Source: Trichosphaerium sp. ATCC 40318 (Eukaryota; Protista; Tubulinea). From it: DNA of 64,000 bases. Numbering within the stretch: the stretch's first letter is position 1; every line of letters starts with the position of its first letter. This document shows positions 32,980-45,717 of this stretch, piece by piece. The stretch spans positions 62,001-126,000 of the forward strand of contig JALMLS010000404.1 of NCBI GenBank assembly GCA_038496445.1, given 5' to 3'. Under the pieces are notes generated by a model. The model was not told the DNA's origin, ran no database searches, and worked only from the letters and a program-made list of their open reading frames with translations. A program made the position numbers and the translations under genes.

Positions 32980-35900
32980 CTAAGATAGGATATCCTTTAA
33001 AGCCTGTGTAGAAGAGATATTAGAATTTGAATAAAACCACATGGGAACTAAGAAGCTGAACTTTTCTTTCAGAAAAGAAAAAAAGTTTTTTTTCAATATA
33101 AAAAGTATGGTATGCTCTTACCTCATATTTCTCGGCGTATGTCTTATAGTACTCTTCGTTATTATTCTCCTTACTTAGATAATCTTTTATGGTAACACCA
33201 CTTGCTTTGTATAGCTCAGTAAACTTATTTACATCCTAAACAAACACGTTAGAAACAAAAAAAACTCAAAAAAAAAAAAAAAAAAATAGTTCAAGGAATT
33301 TATGGCTTGGCATCTACGGCCTTGCTTTGACAACTCAAATAAAATGTTACTTATAAGATATACGTACTGTTAGCTCAATAATCTTCAAAAATGTTTCAGA
33401 GGCGATTTTCTCAGCAAGAGATCTTGATTCGATTACTGATGTCAAAGGCGCCTTCAAATCAGCTAGAGGTACACCTCCTGATACAACAGAAGTTCCAAGG
33501 AAGTTACCAATATGCTTAGGTGCCAAAGGATAATCAATAACAACATCTTCAATAGTCTCAATTGTGAGAGATAACCTAAGAAAAAAATAAGAATAATTCA
33601 AAGAAAAAAATCAAGCGGATCTTTTTATCCAATCCTACGTACCCACTGACGACGTCTTTGGCTGATAATAATTTCTCACTAAAGAAGTGCTCCATGAGAC
33701 CAACAAGTAATTTACGTTTCTCAGGTTTCTGGACAATGCCACACTCAAAGAATTTCATAGCAACACGTCCATGTTGATCAGGTGATTCAAGTTCTTGTAC
33801 ACAAAGTACAGCTTCCTCCTTTTCGTAACTAAGAAGATATTCTTCAAGGATGAGTTCGATCTTCTTATCAAGTTTTGTAAAGTCGACTTTCTATAACAAA
33901 GGTAAGAAGAAAGAAACCAGAGAAGAAGAAGAAAAGTCAATTTGTTTTCAGAAGTTAAGTTTGTTTGAACGAATCTTCGCAAGACAACTCACCTTTGCCT
34001 CAACCTTTGGTGCTGGTGCTTGAGCTTGTTTGTTAGGTGACTGTGCAGGTCTGTTTTGGTTGTTATTTCCTCTTTGGTTATTACCACCGTGCTGTTTCTT
34101 TGAGTTGACTTGTGGAGAGCCTCTGTTCTTTTTACGATTATTTCTGCTCCTTGAGTTGCTTGTTTTGAATTCATATTTGTTCTGCACAGGTACTCTACCA
34201 CCACCGCCGCCACCACGGCGATTGTCGTTATTTCTGTTACGTCCACGATTACTTCTAAACAATTTATAAGCAAGGTGAATCTCAGAGTAAATACAAGAGC
34301 CAAAAGTGCAAAAGAACTCCAAAAAAAGTACTTTTTCAAAAATTTTGTTGAAGATTAATCGTACGTTTTGGTGCTGACTGTGTTCCATCCGTCATCTGAT
34401 CTTCCACCAGATTTAGATAAATTACCAGAACGACCGCTTCCTCTTGATCTATTACCACGACGTCCTTTATTACCGGATGTTTCCCAATCTCCAGCACTTC
34501 TATTCAATCTACCACCGCCACCACGGCCTCCTCTTTGGTTGCGTGAATTACGTGGTGAGTACGAATTATTACGGTTATCTCTTGGAGATCTATAATCTCT
34601 TGGAGATGATTGAGCAGATGACCTTGATTGAGTGGACGCTGGTTTGCCTAAAACAAAGGTTAGACCAAGAAAAATTCAAAAAGATTCGCTTTGTTTTCTT
34701 TTACCTTTTTCAGCCCAACCACGTTTGTAAAAGTCAAGGGTATCCATTAACATGTATTTCATACGTGAGTCTAATTTATCGCTTGTTGACAAATGTTCTA
34801 CAACCTTAACATAGTTTTGGATCTTTGTAGGATCTCTAAGGACAAAAATTAGCAAAAGAAAAGCAACAGTTGCAAACAAACAAAAAAAAAACACGTTTCA
34901 TTATCAAAACGAACCTTTTTTGTAGTTTTTTACCAGTAAGTCTCAACAACACTGACATGAGTTCAATAGAGCGCGCAACAGGTGCCTCCAAGTCACCAAT
35001 AAGTGTTCTCAATACGCTGTGGATTACAACATCTGGAAGCATCTCTTTTAAGTACAAGTTACCAACGAATTGGACATCTTTAAAAGAGTGAAGGAGGGTT
35101 AACTTTTCTTCTTCAAAAAAAAATCGGACTATGATTGACTTTTGTGTCCAAAAAAAGTTGCATAAAATCAAGAGGATACTGCCAAGGCTTCTACGTGTAT
35201 TCTTAAATGCTACTTCTTCTTTCTGTGCGCTATTCATTTCTTCAGTAACCTTATATTTTGGTTCTTTAGCACGATCTTTGAATTCATGCTCGCAAGAGCC
35301 AATGAGCAATCGTCTAAAGTCCTATACCAACGCGTAAATATTAATGATTCTACTCGCTTCAAAGAAAACAAACTACGTACAATAGGGCGCGCGTTTTCAA
35401 CTTTAAACACTGGAAGACGTTGTGATAGAATTTGACAAAGATGAGCGTAGATTTCACCAAAGTTTGGTTCTTCAATAGCCTTTTCAAAAACAAGACCTAC
35501 CAGACCCTAAACAAATACAGTGAGTACTCTTATCTACTTTTATAAAACGTACCTTAAGTGGTGCTGGGCTCTTAACTTGTTTTTCGGCCAACTCAATGAC
35601 TTGGTTTGTCAATTTCTGAAAGTTAGCTTTTGCAAGCTTATTAAGGATTCTAAACAGTTAAATAAGCTTTTTTGAACCCTTTTTGGAAACTTTGACGCAC
35701 ATATTGACATCACGATAGAGAGTTTGGTATTTAGCAACATTTTCTTCACTCTCATCAGCTTCCCAACGCCCTTTGACATTGAGTTTTGGTTTCTGAAAGG
35801 AACGTAAGTAAAAAAAGATGCACTACGCGCAAATAAAAACGGTTGACTTACAGGCTTTGGAGGTCCTTTTGGCTGCCTTGGCTTTCTGTTTTGTTTACCA

Positions 35901-36216
35901 GCACGTCCATGACGACGTTTCTCATTCTTAGGTCCTACAAAGCGTAAACTTACAAAACCAGAACAAAACCACAGGGTAGAGGATAATACAACGTACGTAG
36001 AGCAAATTTGGTGTTGAAACCTTCTGGTGTCTCTTTACAATGTGCTAACTACATAATGCATAAGTATTACGAGTACATACGGTAACCTATGTACGTCTTT
36101 AAATGAAAGCAAGAAATCAGTCTTGTAAGTCTTTTTCTTATTAGGATCTTCAGGTTCTTGTTCTTGTTCAACAGCAACAACATCGCTTGAAGATGAAACT
36201 AGGTACACAGATGTTC
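32980..36216 (-). CDS. EIF4G: eIF4G-like region: eIF4E-binding motif, MIF4G, RS/RG-rich linker, MA3 domain (multi-exon)
   Basis: YKTDFLL (YxxxxL-phi); ILNKL..NFQKL; VFEKAIEEP.F..IYA.LC; FRRLLIGSCEHEF; RRSLG..FVGNLY; MA3-like LEEYL..KEEAVLCVQEL and DVVIDYPLAPK. Confidence 0.9.
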
Positions 36217-36319
36217 CTAGATAGTAGTTTTAGGCAAAGCAATAAAAAAGTTGGAATTACACTTCGTTTATCTGTTCAGTACAAGTCTATTTAACATCCA
36301 AAAAGATAGTGTTACGTAC

Positions 36320-38900
36320 CTTGAGTCAATTTTGCTACAGCAGCGAAAGAAGTACGGTTGCAAGCAATACCATATTCTCTAGCTAGATCGACAATATTAC
36401 CGTCCAATTCACCCGCTTTAGCTAATAAAGAGTTAGTTTCAATCCAAAAAAAAATACTAGTCTACAAAATCAAAAATAACACGCTAGACGCATACACGAA
36501 GCATACAAAGGTATGTAGCGCTATAAATTTGCAAAATTCAATGATTTTGAATTTACTTTTGGAGCGATTAAATAGGCTTGTACGCACATTCATCATCTTG
36601 TTCTTCTTGTATATCGTAAATACGCTCATTTGCAGCGATGTAATGTAGAATTTGTCCTTCAGTTATCTCGGCTTTATCAACCATGACGGTGAGCTCATGA
36701 GTCAATTTTTCCTTTCCTTGAGGTATTGTAAGCATAATTTCAATTTTGAATAAAATGGAAACCATCAATCAGTGAATTTCAGAGAAACGAAAAGCAAAGA
36801 CTCAAATAGTAATGTATAAAACAGTGTAGTCGTACCTTCATCGTCTAAAGGTGGGAATGTAATCTTTAGGGTAACTGGGGACTCTTCAGTAGGAATTCTA
36901 GTCAAGAAACCCCAAACAATAGCAAGATCTAAATGCGAATTAATACCCTTAGCTTGGCTGTAAAGAGCAAATATGATTTCGAGAGTTCAGCTAAATGAAA
37001 AAAAATTGTAGAATCTTTAACAATAATTATGTACCTCCACGATAAAAGCTGGATATTGTTTCAGACGATTCTTTGTACATTACGCCAGTCTTAAAGCCTG
37101 AGTAGTCAACAGATACTTCAGCAAAAATAGCTTGCAAAGCACGCTCAACTTGGCGCATAGCCTTATCTAGGTTGTTTCTTTAGTTAAATCTAAGCTCTAC
37201 AAAAAAAAAATACTCACTTTTAAGTTCTTCCTCAGATGAAGCATCAAAAACGAACTCTGGGTATCCACAAGCGCTCTTAACGATTGAATTGAGCTACACG
37301 AATCATAGTTAGAAAAAACGTACTACTTGCTCTAAGAAAGAAAAAAAAAATGTCATAAAAACACGTACAACAAACGTGTTAGTAGCACTACCAATGGCTA
37401 GGGTAAAAAAATTGCCATTGTGGTTCTCAACAGGTTCATGTTCCTCATTTTCGTCAGTTTGATACTTCTCAACAACGGAAATCAAAGCATCACTATCAGA
37501 CACTTGTCCACTTGAAATAAGGTAGAGCTGACGCGATTTTACTGTTTTCTCTGCAGGCGCTAGTTTATATACTTCCTCTAGTCCAACGTGAAGGTCTCTG
37601 AGGTAAAGTGTGAGCATTAAATCGAGCCACTAGGGTAGTTTTTAGTACCTGTGACCTTGCTCGATTGCAGCAAGCATTTTATCATTAGCATACTCTCTAG
37701 CCTTTTCTATATTCTCTGTTGAAGCCAATACGCTCTTATCAAAAGCCATGGATAGTTTGGAACCCAATACGATAACATTGAATTGCACCTGAAGAAAATA
37801 TCGTTAGTACAAAGATTCTTTACTAAAAATGTCAAAAATGTAGCTGGTTTTGCAAACATTCGCGTAAAGTTTCACGCGCGTAGCGGCTGCGAAAAACATT
37901 GTAAATAGAGCTTACTTGATCATGCTTAGTCAGTTCATCAAGAGCAGAGTGTAGAGCTTGTTTAAAAGAGTCTAAATTAGCCTTGTAGGCATCCACTACG
38001 AATAAAATTTCGCAAGCTACAGTTTGTACTGGTACGGCATCTGTCTTGAAGCAGAACATGACAGCAACCTTTTCGCGTCTAAATTCGGATTTTAAAACAA
38101 TGTAAGGAAAATACATTCAAAAAAACGGAAATAGATTTGTGAGATGTAACAACAATAGTAGTTCAGTGTACATACCTTTCGCCAGGGAATTTCTCAAGGA
38201 AACAACCAGGAAGCTTTTTATCTTCGCTTTGCTTCCAATTAACCAAAATACAGATATCTGCGTCGCTTAGTGCGTTTGTTTCGCCTTCTTTTGGTTTTTC
38301 CAATGATAAAGTTCCTTTCGCCGCATCACTGTTTTCAAATACAATAGGGTGCGTAGGCGATGTCACAGCTTCAATATCGCAAAACATGTCCACCGACAAT
38401 TGGACATCAAGACCATAGTCGATATTCTCGCCACCATCTTCCCTGTCGCCTACATAACTGCGAGGAGACACAGTTGTTGGTAAAACAAGGCGTAATCCTG
38501 TTTCACCTTCCAAGTACAGTTCAGAGACAAAAGTGATTTGTACGGATAGTACATCACCCACAATATCGTCCAAGCGAGCGATAAGTAGATCTGGTGAGTC
38601 TGCAGTGAGCTCTGCGCTGATATCGTGACCTGTCACTTCCTTGTACTTTTTCAGCGCTTCTTGTCTGTCCTCTACCTTACTGATGATTTTGTTATCGTCT
38701 AAGGCTATCTGGAAGTCCGTAATGATACCAAGGTCATAAATTGGAAACTTGAACACGGCCGATTTGGCATCGGTCACTGTGTATCGCTGGGTGTATGTTA
38801 TTTGAGCAGCGAGGTTTTGTACTGTCCCAGTAATTGAAACATCCTTCAAAGGAATAGGATCGTTGTTAATTCGCCATAGATTAGACTTTACCGTGTGCAT
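36320..38900 (-). CDS. VIT + vWA (VWA5A/PARP4-type) region, apparently spliced in frame to the eIF4G region
   Basis: VIT motifs IPLKDVSITGTV..AQITYTQRY..AVFKFP and LRLVLPTTV.PR; vWA strands ILFVVD and FFTLAIG; C-terminal IVDLAREYGIACNRTSFAAV. Confidence 0.8.
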
Positions 38901-39046
38901 TCGAGCTCAAATGCGCTATGCGGTATGAATACTTTTGTAGACAACTTTTTCGCTTGTGCGGAAAGTACACTTTTTTTAATCACTCACCTCAAAAATTACT
39001 TGGACGCTAGCGCTAACGCGTTGACACGCGTGTTGTTAATACAGTT

Positions 39047-42000
39047 ATGCCAGAAGAATCTAATCGGTCCAAATGTCCGCCAATTGCACTTTTGAGTATT
39101 TACAAGCATTGTAGGGAAGTGTCACATTATTTTGAACCAGATAGCTTCGTTTTCAACGGTTTGCGTTTTTATCGCGGTTGTGGCTTCTATTGGCACTACT
39201 GTATTGTACTTGGATGTAATTGAGCCAAGCATGTGTCAAGTACCTTATATGTACCCATACACTATTCGTGTCCATCCCAAAGGTGTCCCTGATACCACCA
39301 AATACGCTTTGTATCTTTATAGAGACGGTTACCCAACAAAGAGACAACCAACAGTAAACCAGTCATAAATAGTGGCATTCGCACTAATACACTCCTAGAG
39401 AGTGGAAAAAGGTAGCCTTACTGGCATTCCTGTTCTTTTTTTCCCTGGAAACGCAGGTTAAGTACATTCAGCGCATTCTTTCTTCTGACTCGTCCCAAGG
39501 TAGCTACAATCAAGTGCGAACGCTTGGATACAAGCTGTTTATCCAACACAACAAGTTTGATGAAACTGTGCGTATTTTTTTTTACATAATCACGTGATCA
39601 ATTAGCAGATTTTTCGTTTTCTAATATACCTCAGAAGAATGTTAAAGAAAGATATGATGTGTTCGTTGTTGATCAAAAGGAAGAGTTTTCGGGTTTCAGC
39701 GGTGTATTATTGAAGCGTCAGACAGAGTATGCGGTTGCTTGTTTGAAATACATTATGTCATTGTATCAAAAGCCGAGGCAAGCTGTATTGGTTGGTCACT
39801 CTATGGGTGGTATTATCGCTATGGGTGTTCTTGCTTCACCTGGATATGTACCCAATAGTGTGCATACCATATTAACGCTTGCTTCACCTCTCAGGTTAGC
39901 ATTTTGCGAAAGGCATTTTCTTGTACTTGTTCTCAAATTAATCTTGTTATCGCTTCTGTAGGAGACCTCCATTGAGTTTTAGTGCAAAAATGGATCAATA
40001 CTACAGGAATATTTCTAGGTTTTGGTCAGAGAGTGAAGGTAAGGTATACACAGTCATGTGCAAGATTAACATTTAAAAAAGTGACAAAAGATGTGGCTGT
40101 TGTATCGATTGCTTCTGGTGCTAGAGATTTGCAAGTTAGTGACACTCTAGCGCTTATTAAGACTTCTTCTACGCTTGAAAATTATCTAGCGCTATCAGCT
40201 ACATCTATACCTTATGTATGGGCTTCACCAGATCACCAAGTACGAAAAATACTATTTGGCTGTAATCAGTTGCACCTTACTGTATGTTTAGGCTGCTGTG
40301 TGGTGCTCACAACTTATCTCTATTCTTTGTAAAGCACTTGATAGTACAGTAAAAGCACGTCTTACTGTCCCTAAAGTTTTGCCAATTGATGATCGCATGA
40401 AGACGCTAAAAAGCTTCTTTGTATCGTAAGTTTAGAATTTTGTTTTGTAAAAAAACCCCCCATATTCTCACGTTGCTTAGACAAATCGACAAGTTGTTGT
40501 TTTCAAGTGTTACTCTTAAAACTGTGAATAAATTATCAAAGGTATGTATCTACACTTAATGACTTATTAATCGTTCATTGTTAAAGGCTAGAGTAAAATC
40601 AAAACATGCATTTATCAGCTTTGGAAGTTCTGTCAAACTTTCAACAAAACATTACTTAACTTGGAACATTCGGTACTTTTAAAGAAAAAATTACTACGCA
40701 AAGGAATGGAGTATCCATACCTCGTTACACTTATGTTGCTGTTTTAACATGTGTACTGTAGTGAACATGAAGGAAAGTCATTTTATTTTGTCACTTCAAT
40801 ATCCATAGTAAAATATGGCGTTATCGTATGCTCTTCGGATGACGATTGTCACAGCGTTGATAAAGATAATATCATACGCTTACCTTACTCTGTGGGTATG
40901 TAGAACGATTTTTTTAACAGCGACAAGGGCTGATTTTTATGTTAGCAACTTGAGTTTTCCGTTTTTTTTGTTTGACTTTTCATACAGAACGCAAATCACA
41001 GACTATCGTTTCTCAGCAGAATTTATTCATTGTATATATTCCTGCTTCTCAACTAAAGGATTATGCTTATGTTGGAGTGCTCAAAAAGAAAGGACATGAA
41101 ATACCTTCAACAGAGTATTGTGGCATGTTTAAAGATACATTAAATACAAAAGATTTCTTTGATGATTCAATACGTATACCTACAGATGCCTTGATATCAA
41201 AGGTATCAATAGAAAATACATTATCATACCAAGTAGATGTATCTCCTACCAATACGAGTAAGTGAGATTGAGGTTTTTGACTTTTCGGTTAATGAAAGTT
41301 TCTTTTTAGGCGTTTTGTGCTATGAACCTTTACTATTCCATTATCTCCCGTATATGCGTCAGTTTAGATGGGGTATCAACTCTTTAATCACTAAAGGTCA
41401 TCATGATACGGAAAACGATACTGGTTATTTATTTATTCTAAGAGATCCAAAATGTTCATATGAAGTACCCAACAAACTAATGTTTCAACTTTTTGATGTT
41501 TTTATCCTAGGTAAAATTCTCAATTTCATGGAGGGATACTATTGATATTTATACTCGAGAGGTTGCGCCTATTATCATAACATCTGTTTGTGCTATTTAT
41601 TCTATTGCTGTATGTCTTCGCATACTCCAAGGTATACTTTCGTTTCGAGTAAAAAACGTGATAGATTTTTTTTTACTGACAAGATTCCTTTAACAGGTTC
41701 AAATACCCATTTGAGTGTATTTGATATAACTACAGCTGTTATCTTTTTAAATATGGTGGGCGTATTTTTACATTTTTCACAGATGCTACAACACCCTATT
41801 CAGCACACGTACGCCATAGCATGATTTCAAAAATCTTGTTGAATTTTTTGCTTGTTCTTTTTTTCTCATCTTCTTCCTTAGTTTGCTTGGCATTTCTGTT
41901 GCTGGTGGTTTTGTGTCATCGATGATCTATGTATCTTCCGTGGTTGGAAGCATCTACATGCGATTTAGACAACCTAAATCGTCAAGTCAGCCTATGTCTT

Positions 42001-42559
42001 TGATAGGCTTTTCAGTGTTGATTGTTATTGCATCAGTGTTATCATACTATGTACCGCTCATAGCTTTGGTGCTTATCATTGCATTGTTTTTGCGGACGCC
42101 TGTGTCCAAGGTAAGTCAATTTTCCTTTATCTGCCATAACAGTACCGAATAATTAATGACTTTTGTGCAGGATTCATTATCTCTGTTTGCTGGCGCTATA
42201 GGATTACTTCTTGTATCATTGCCACCTCTTCTTCCTGTTGTAGGAGCAGATAAGACTATTATAACACCTCAAGTGTCTACTGTTTTTTCTGTTCTTGCTT
42301 GTGTCACATACGTATCTGCTTTGACATTAAGACTCGGCTTAAAGACGCGATTTTTACTGTACGTTTGATATCATATTAATATGGCATAGTTTTTTTTGAT
42401 TATGATCGTAGGGTTTTACCTGGTATGTTGTTCATACTTGGAACATTTTTCTATGATTTAGAGCGATTCTGGTATAGTTCTTCATGGCTTTCTATAGCTT
42501 TTATTTTAATGTCATTATGTGGAAAGGTTGCTGATACAAAAAAAGGCAAAACAGATTAA
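39047..42559 (+). CDS. PGAP1: GPI inositol-deacylase (alpha/beta hydrolase plus multi-TM), many exons; head-to-head with the VIT-vWA gene
   Basis: MC.VPYMYP, YALYLYRDG, PVLFFPGNAGSYNQVR, LVGHSMGG, TILTLASP, DHQAAVWC, and hydrophobic C-terminal exons. Confidence 0.9.
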
Positions 42560-42642
42560 GAAAAAAATCGGAAATGGTAATAAAAAAAGCATTAGCCACG
42601 TGGCTAATTGGGTGTAATAAAAACCACTATCAAGGTTGTATA

Positions 42643-43990
42643 GGGACTATTTTTGTAAGCGGTTCACACCTCTTATATCAAAGCTTTAGCGAGTGTTAAT
42701 GTATCTCTAGAACGAATGGCTCTATTGTTATGTTCTAAGTGTGAAATAAATTATTTACTTTTTTACATGTTTTTTGGCGTATTTTTTTAATACATAGCTA
42801 AAAAAGCTTCAATCGAGCTTCATTGAGAATAAGCAGATGATTAGAGCCTGCGATCATCATAAACGGCTCTTGCAAATAAATTTATGCGTTATGGGCTAAA
42901 ATAAAGCTTATGGTACCACAATATGAACGTGTATGTACAATGTACCTTTAAACGACGTTTATCGCTCGGAAAACGCTTAAAACGTTGGTTTACTGTGTTA
43001 ATATTCTAGTCAAATCGAGTTCCCCAATACCGATGTAGGGCAAGCGTGTACAAGCGTTTAAATGGTGTACATACATTTAATAGCTATTTTACATATGCTA
43101 AGAAGGGTTTCAAGTCTGTACAGCCTTGCGTAATCTGTAAATTCCAATATTCCGTCCTCCGTTACCATAAGCAATTTTACATTTTATGAAATACCATGAG
43201 TAATTGAAGGTCCCTTACTCTTTGAAAGTACAGTCCATACACTGTATATGATACAGCATAACTTTCAGCAATAGTTAAACAATTGTAGCAGCATAGTTTC
43301 AAAGAAACTGTTTTTGGTAAGTACTGAAGTATCTCCATGTAAAAAGTAAGTTCTGTCTCTAAAACTTCTGTAGTGGTAAAACATAACTACAGCAAGCTTT
43401 AAGGACCTCTGATTCAATAAAGTACTAAGCAAGAGTGAGTATTTTGACATTTTCATTTTACTATTATGTTCATCAACTTCTATGAAAAAGTAACCTCCGT
43501 GTTTTGATACCTAAATTATCAAATACTCTATAACTGCATATAGGTAGACAATGGTTTATTAGGCACCTGCCGCCAAAAGGAAAGATTTGAAAAAGGTATC
43601 TGTGGGTTAGAATGATTGTTCAAAATAGTGACCAATTTACAGCAATCAGGTATAGAGACGGGTGATGATAGCTTTATGTGGAACACTGAAAGTGATAAAA
43701 AAGGCAAGAAACGACAGAATGTAATCCTTAATCACTATGATGTTCAAGAATTACCTGCAAAACATGGTGGTGTTAGAGGAGAAGAATATGATCCCAGGCA
43801 GAAAAAACTCGGTTTTAGATTCAATGAAATAGTTGATTGAAGTACACTATTAATTACCAGCAAGTTCTGGTTCAACAAAATTGTAGACACAAATGTGTTC
43901 TGAAGCATACCCAAAATTTGGCCAAAAATAACGTTTTTGAGGTGTGCTAGACTTTTTTTGAAAGTGTGAACTGCTTACAAAAATCGTCCC
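42643..43990 (+). mobile_element. Non-autonomous TIR element, copy B (~1.35 kb, TA-flanked)
   Basis: GGGACTATTTTTGTAAGC at 42643-42660 and GCTTACAAAAATCGTCCC at 43973-43990. Segments 42643-42790 and 43460-43990 match copy A in inverted orientation; about 670 extra internal bp. Confidence 0.88.
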
Positions 43991-44041
43991 TAACGCATTT
44001 CACTAAGTCCTCCTACTTAAGCAGAACAAAAATCGTTACAA

Positions 44042-44974
44042 ATGGCAACTAAAGAGCTTATGCGTGTTGTTGTACTATGTATAAAAGTCACAGAGTTGTT
44101 TTCGCTTCCTATTGAGATACTACAACATATTATTGTGAGTAACGACCTTTCATGGCAAGATTTAGCTTCGTTACAACAATCAAACCATTATCTGTGCGAA
44201 ATGATACGAAACTCGTCAGATTACATTTATCGTCATTTGTATCATCAGAAATGGGGTCTTGATGCTGAAGAAATAGAGTCTGATATCCACAAACGCATCG
44301 CACTTGCTTTAAATAAGCAATTGTCATATGGGCCTACTTTGTATAATCTTGAGTCAATCACGTGGAAAGAAAAGTACAGAAATAAACTACGTCCAAACAT
44401 CATTGCAGCGTTGAGTTGTGACAACAAACATGTTCACAAAGGCGAGACAGTAACATTTAAACTTACACTTCAGAATATTGGCAAAACGCAAGAGATAGTA
44501 CGTCGTAATTATGGCTCTACTGTTGGTGAAGACCATCGAATTGAAGGTGGTTATTCTGTTTGTATTTGGAAGCCTCTTCTTAAGAATACAGGAGCTAATT
44601 TTGATAATTATAAGACAACGACCTTCCATGGTTTCGTTTCTGAGGTGCACATGGAAGAGAAGGACTATTATTTTACAATGAATCCAGGGGATAAACAAAC
44701 ATTTTATATGCCTTTACTTTTTGACAACTTTGAGCCAACAGAATTTAACGTTGCTCCTCAAATACCTGGTACATTATCTCTTCTAGGCAAAAAGTATGAA
44801 GTGTTTGTTGCATGTGATGAAACACCAGATGTGTTTCCTCTTAAAGTATTCGTAAATCTCAGTTCTCAAAAGGAGGTTTTCAAAAAAAACCATCAAGGGG
44901 ATAACACGACTGTTTGTGGACATTGTTCAGCTATTACAAGCAATGTTGTAAACCTTACAATGTATAAAATGTGA
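44042..44974 (+). CDS. F-box + Ig-like protein, family copy 5
   Basis: Intronless 310-aa ORF starting ~50 bp after the TIR element. Confidence 0.88.
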   Translation: MATKELMRVVVLCIKVTELFSLPIEILQHIIVSNDLSWQDLASLQQSNHYLCEMIRNSSDYIYRHLYHQKWGLDAEEIESDIHKRIALALNKQLSYGPTLYNLESITWKEKYRNKLRPNIIAALSCDNKHVHKGETVTFKLTLQNIGKTQEIVRRNYGSTVGEDHRIEGGYSVCIWKPLLKNTGANFDNYKTTTFHGFVSEVHMEEKDYYFTMNPGDKQTFYMPLLFDNFEPTEFNVAPQIPGTLSLLGKKYEVFVACDETPDVFPLKVFVNLSSQKEVFKKNHQGDNTTVCGHCSAITSNVVNLTMYKM

Positions 44975-45717
44975 TAATAAATAGGTTATAAAATGGTAAC
45001 TATTCAAGGTTTGCTTTTGTAGTCCTTTCTTTAACAACAGTCTACTTTATTCTTTAATCCAACCAGCTGGCCAAATTGATGAATTTGACCATATCTTTTC
45101 TTGCTACTGTCATATGAACTTTGTCATCATGCGCGCAGTAGAGAGTAGTGGCCAACTTTACGATTTTTTGTTGCAACTGCAACACAACAGGTTTGTCAGA
45201 TGATGCTACTCTTGTGTATCCCACAGGCACTTTTTCGCAAGTGCTTGCTACAAGGCCACTGACGTGGTTGGTATTACATGATACAGTAGCTTTAAGCCAA
45301 ATTCCCTAAGCTTGTTGAGATCCATGGCTAAACAAAAATTAGAGTCGCTTGTAAAATGATGGCACCTACCAATTGTTTTCGACCATTTTGCAAAATGAAA
45401 GAGGGATTCATTTGGTGTGAGATGAGGCTCAATCAAAGGGTTGATAAAGTTAATCAGATAACTAGTTAAATTCATCAAGACACTTCGATTCTGCTATAAA
45501 AGTACATGCCAACCAAAGCTGTGCGCAAGCCGGCAAGGTTTCTCCGGAGCTATAAAAACAACAACTTGTATTTGTTCAAAAGCCATCAAAACAGATAGAT
45601 TTAGCACGTGAACCACAATCCCAAAACAAATACACGAAATTCGTTCAAATGGAAAACTCACAATTTTTCGCATTCTTCTTGTCAAAGCGCTTATTAATCC
45701 ACGATTTCAAGACGCGT

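Noticed and set aside
43610-43618. TGA shared by both TIR-element copies as evidence of recoding
   Set aside because: TGA is an ordinary stop in other genes here. An ancestral nonsense mutation is simpler.
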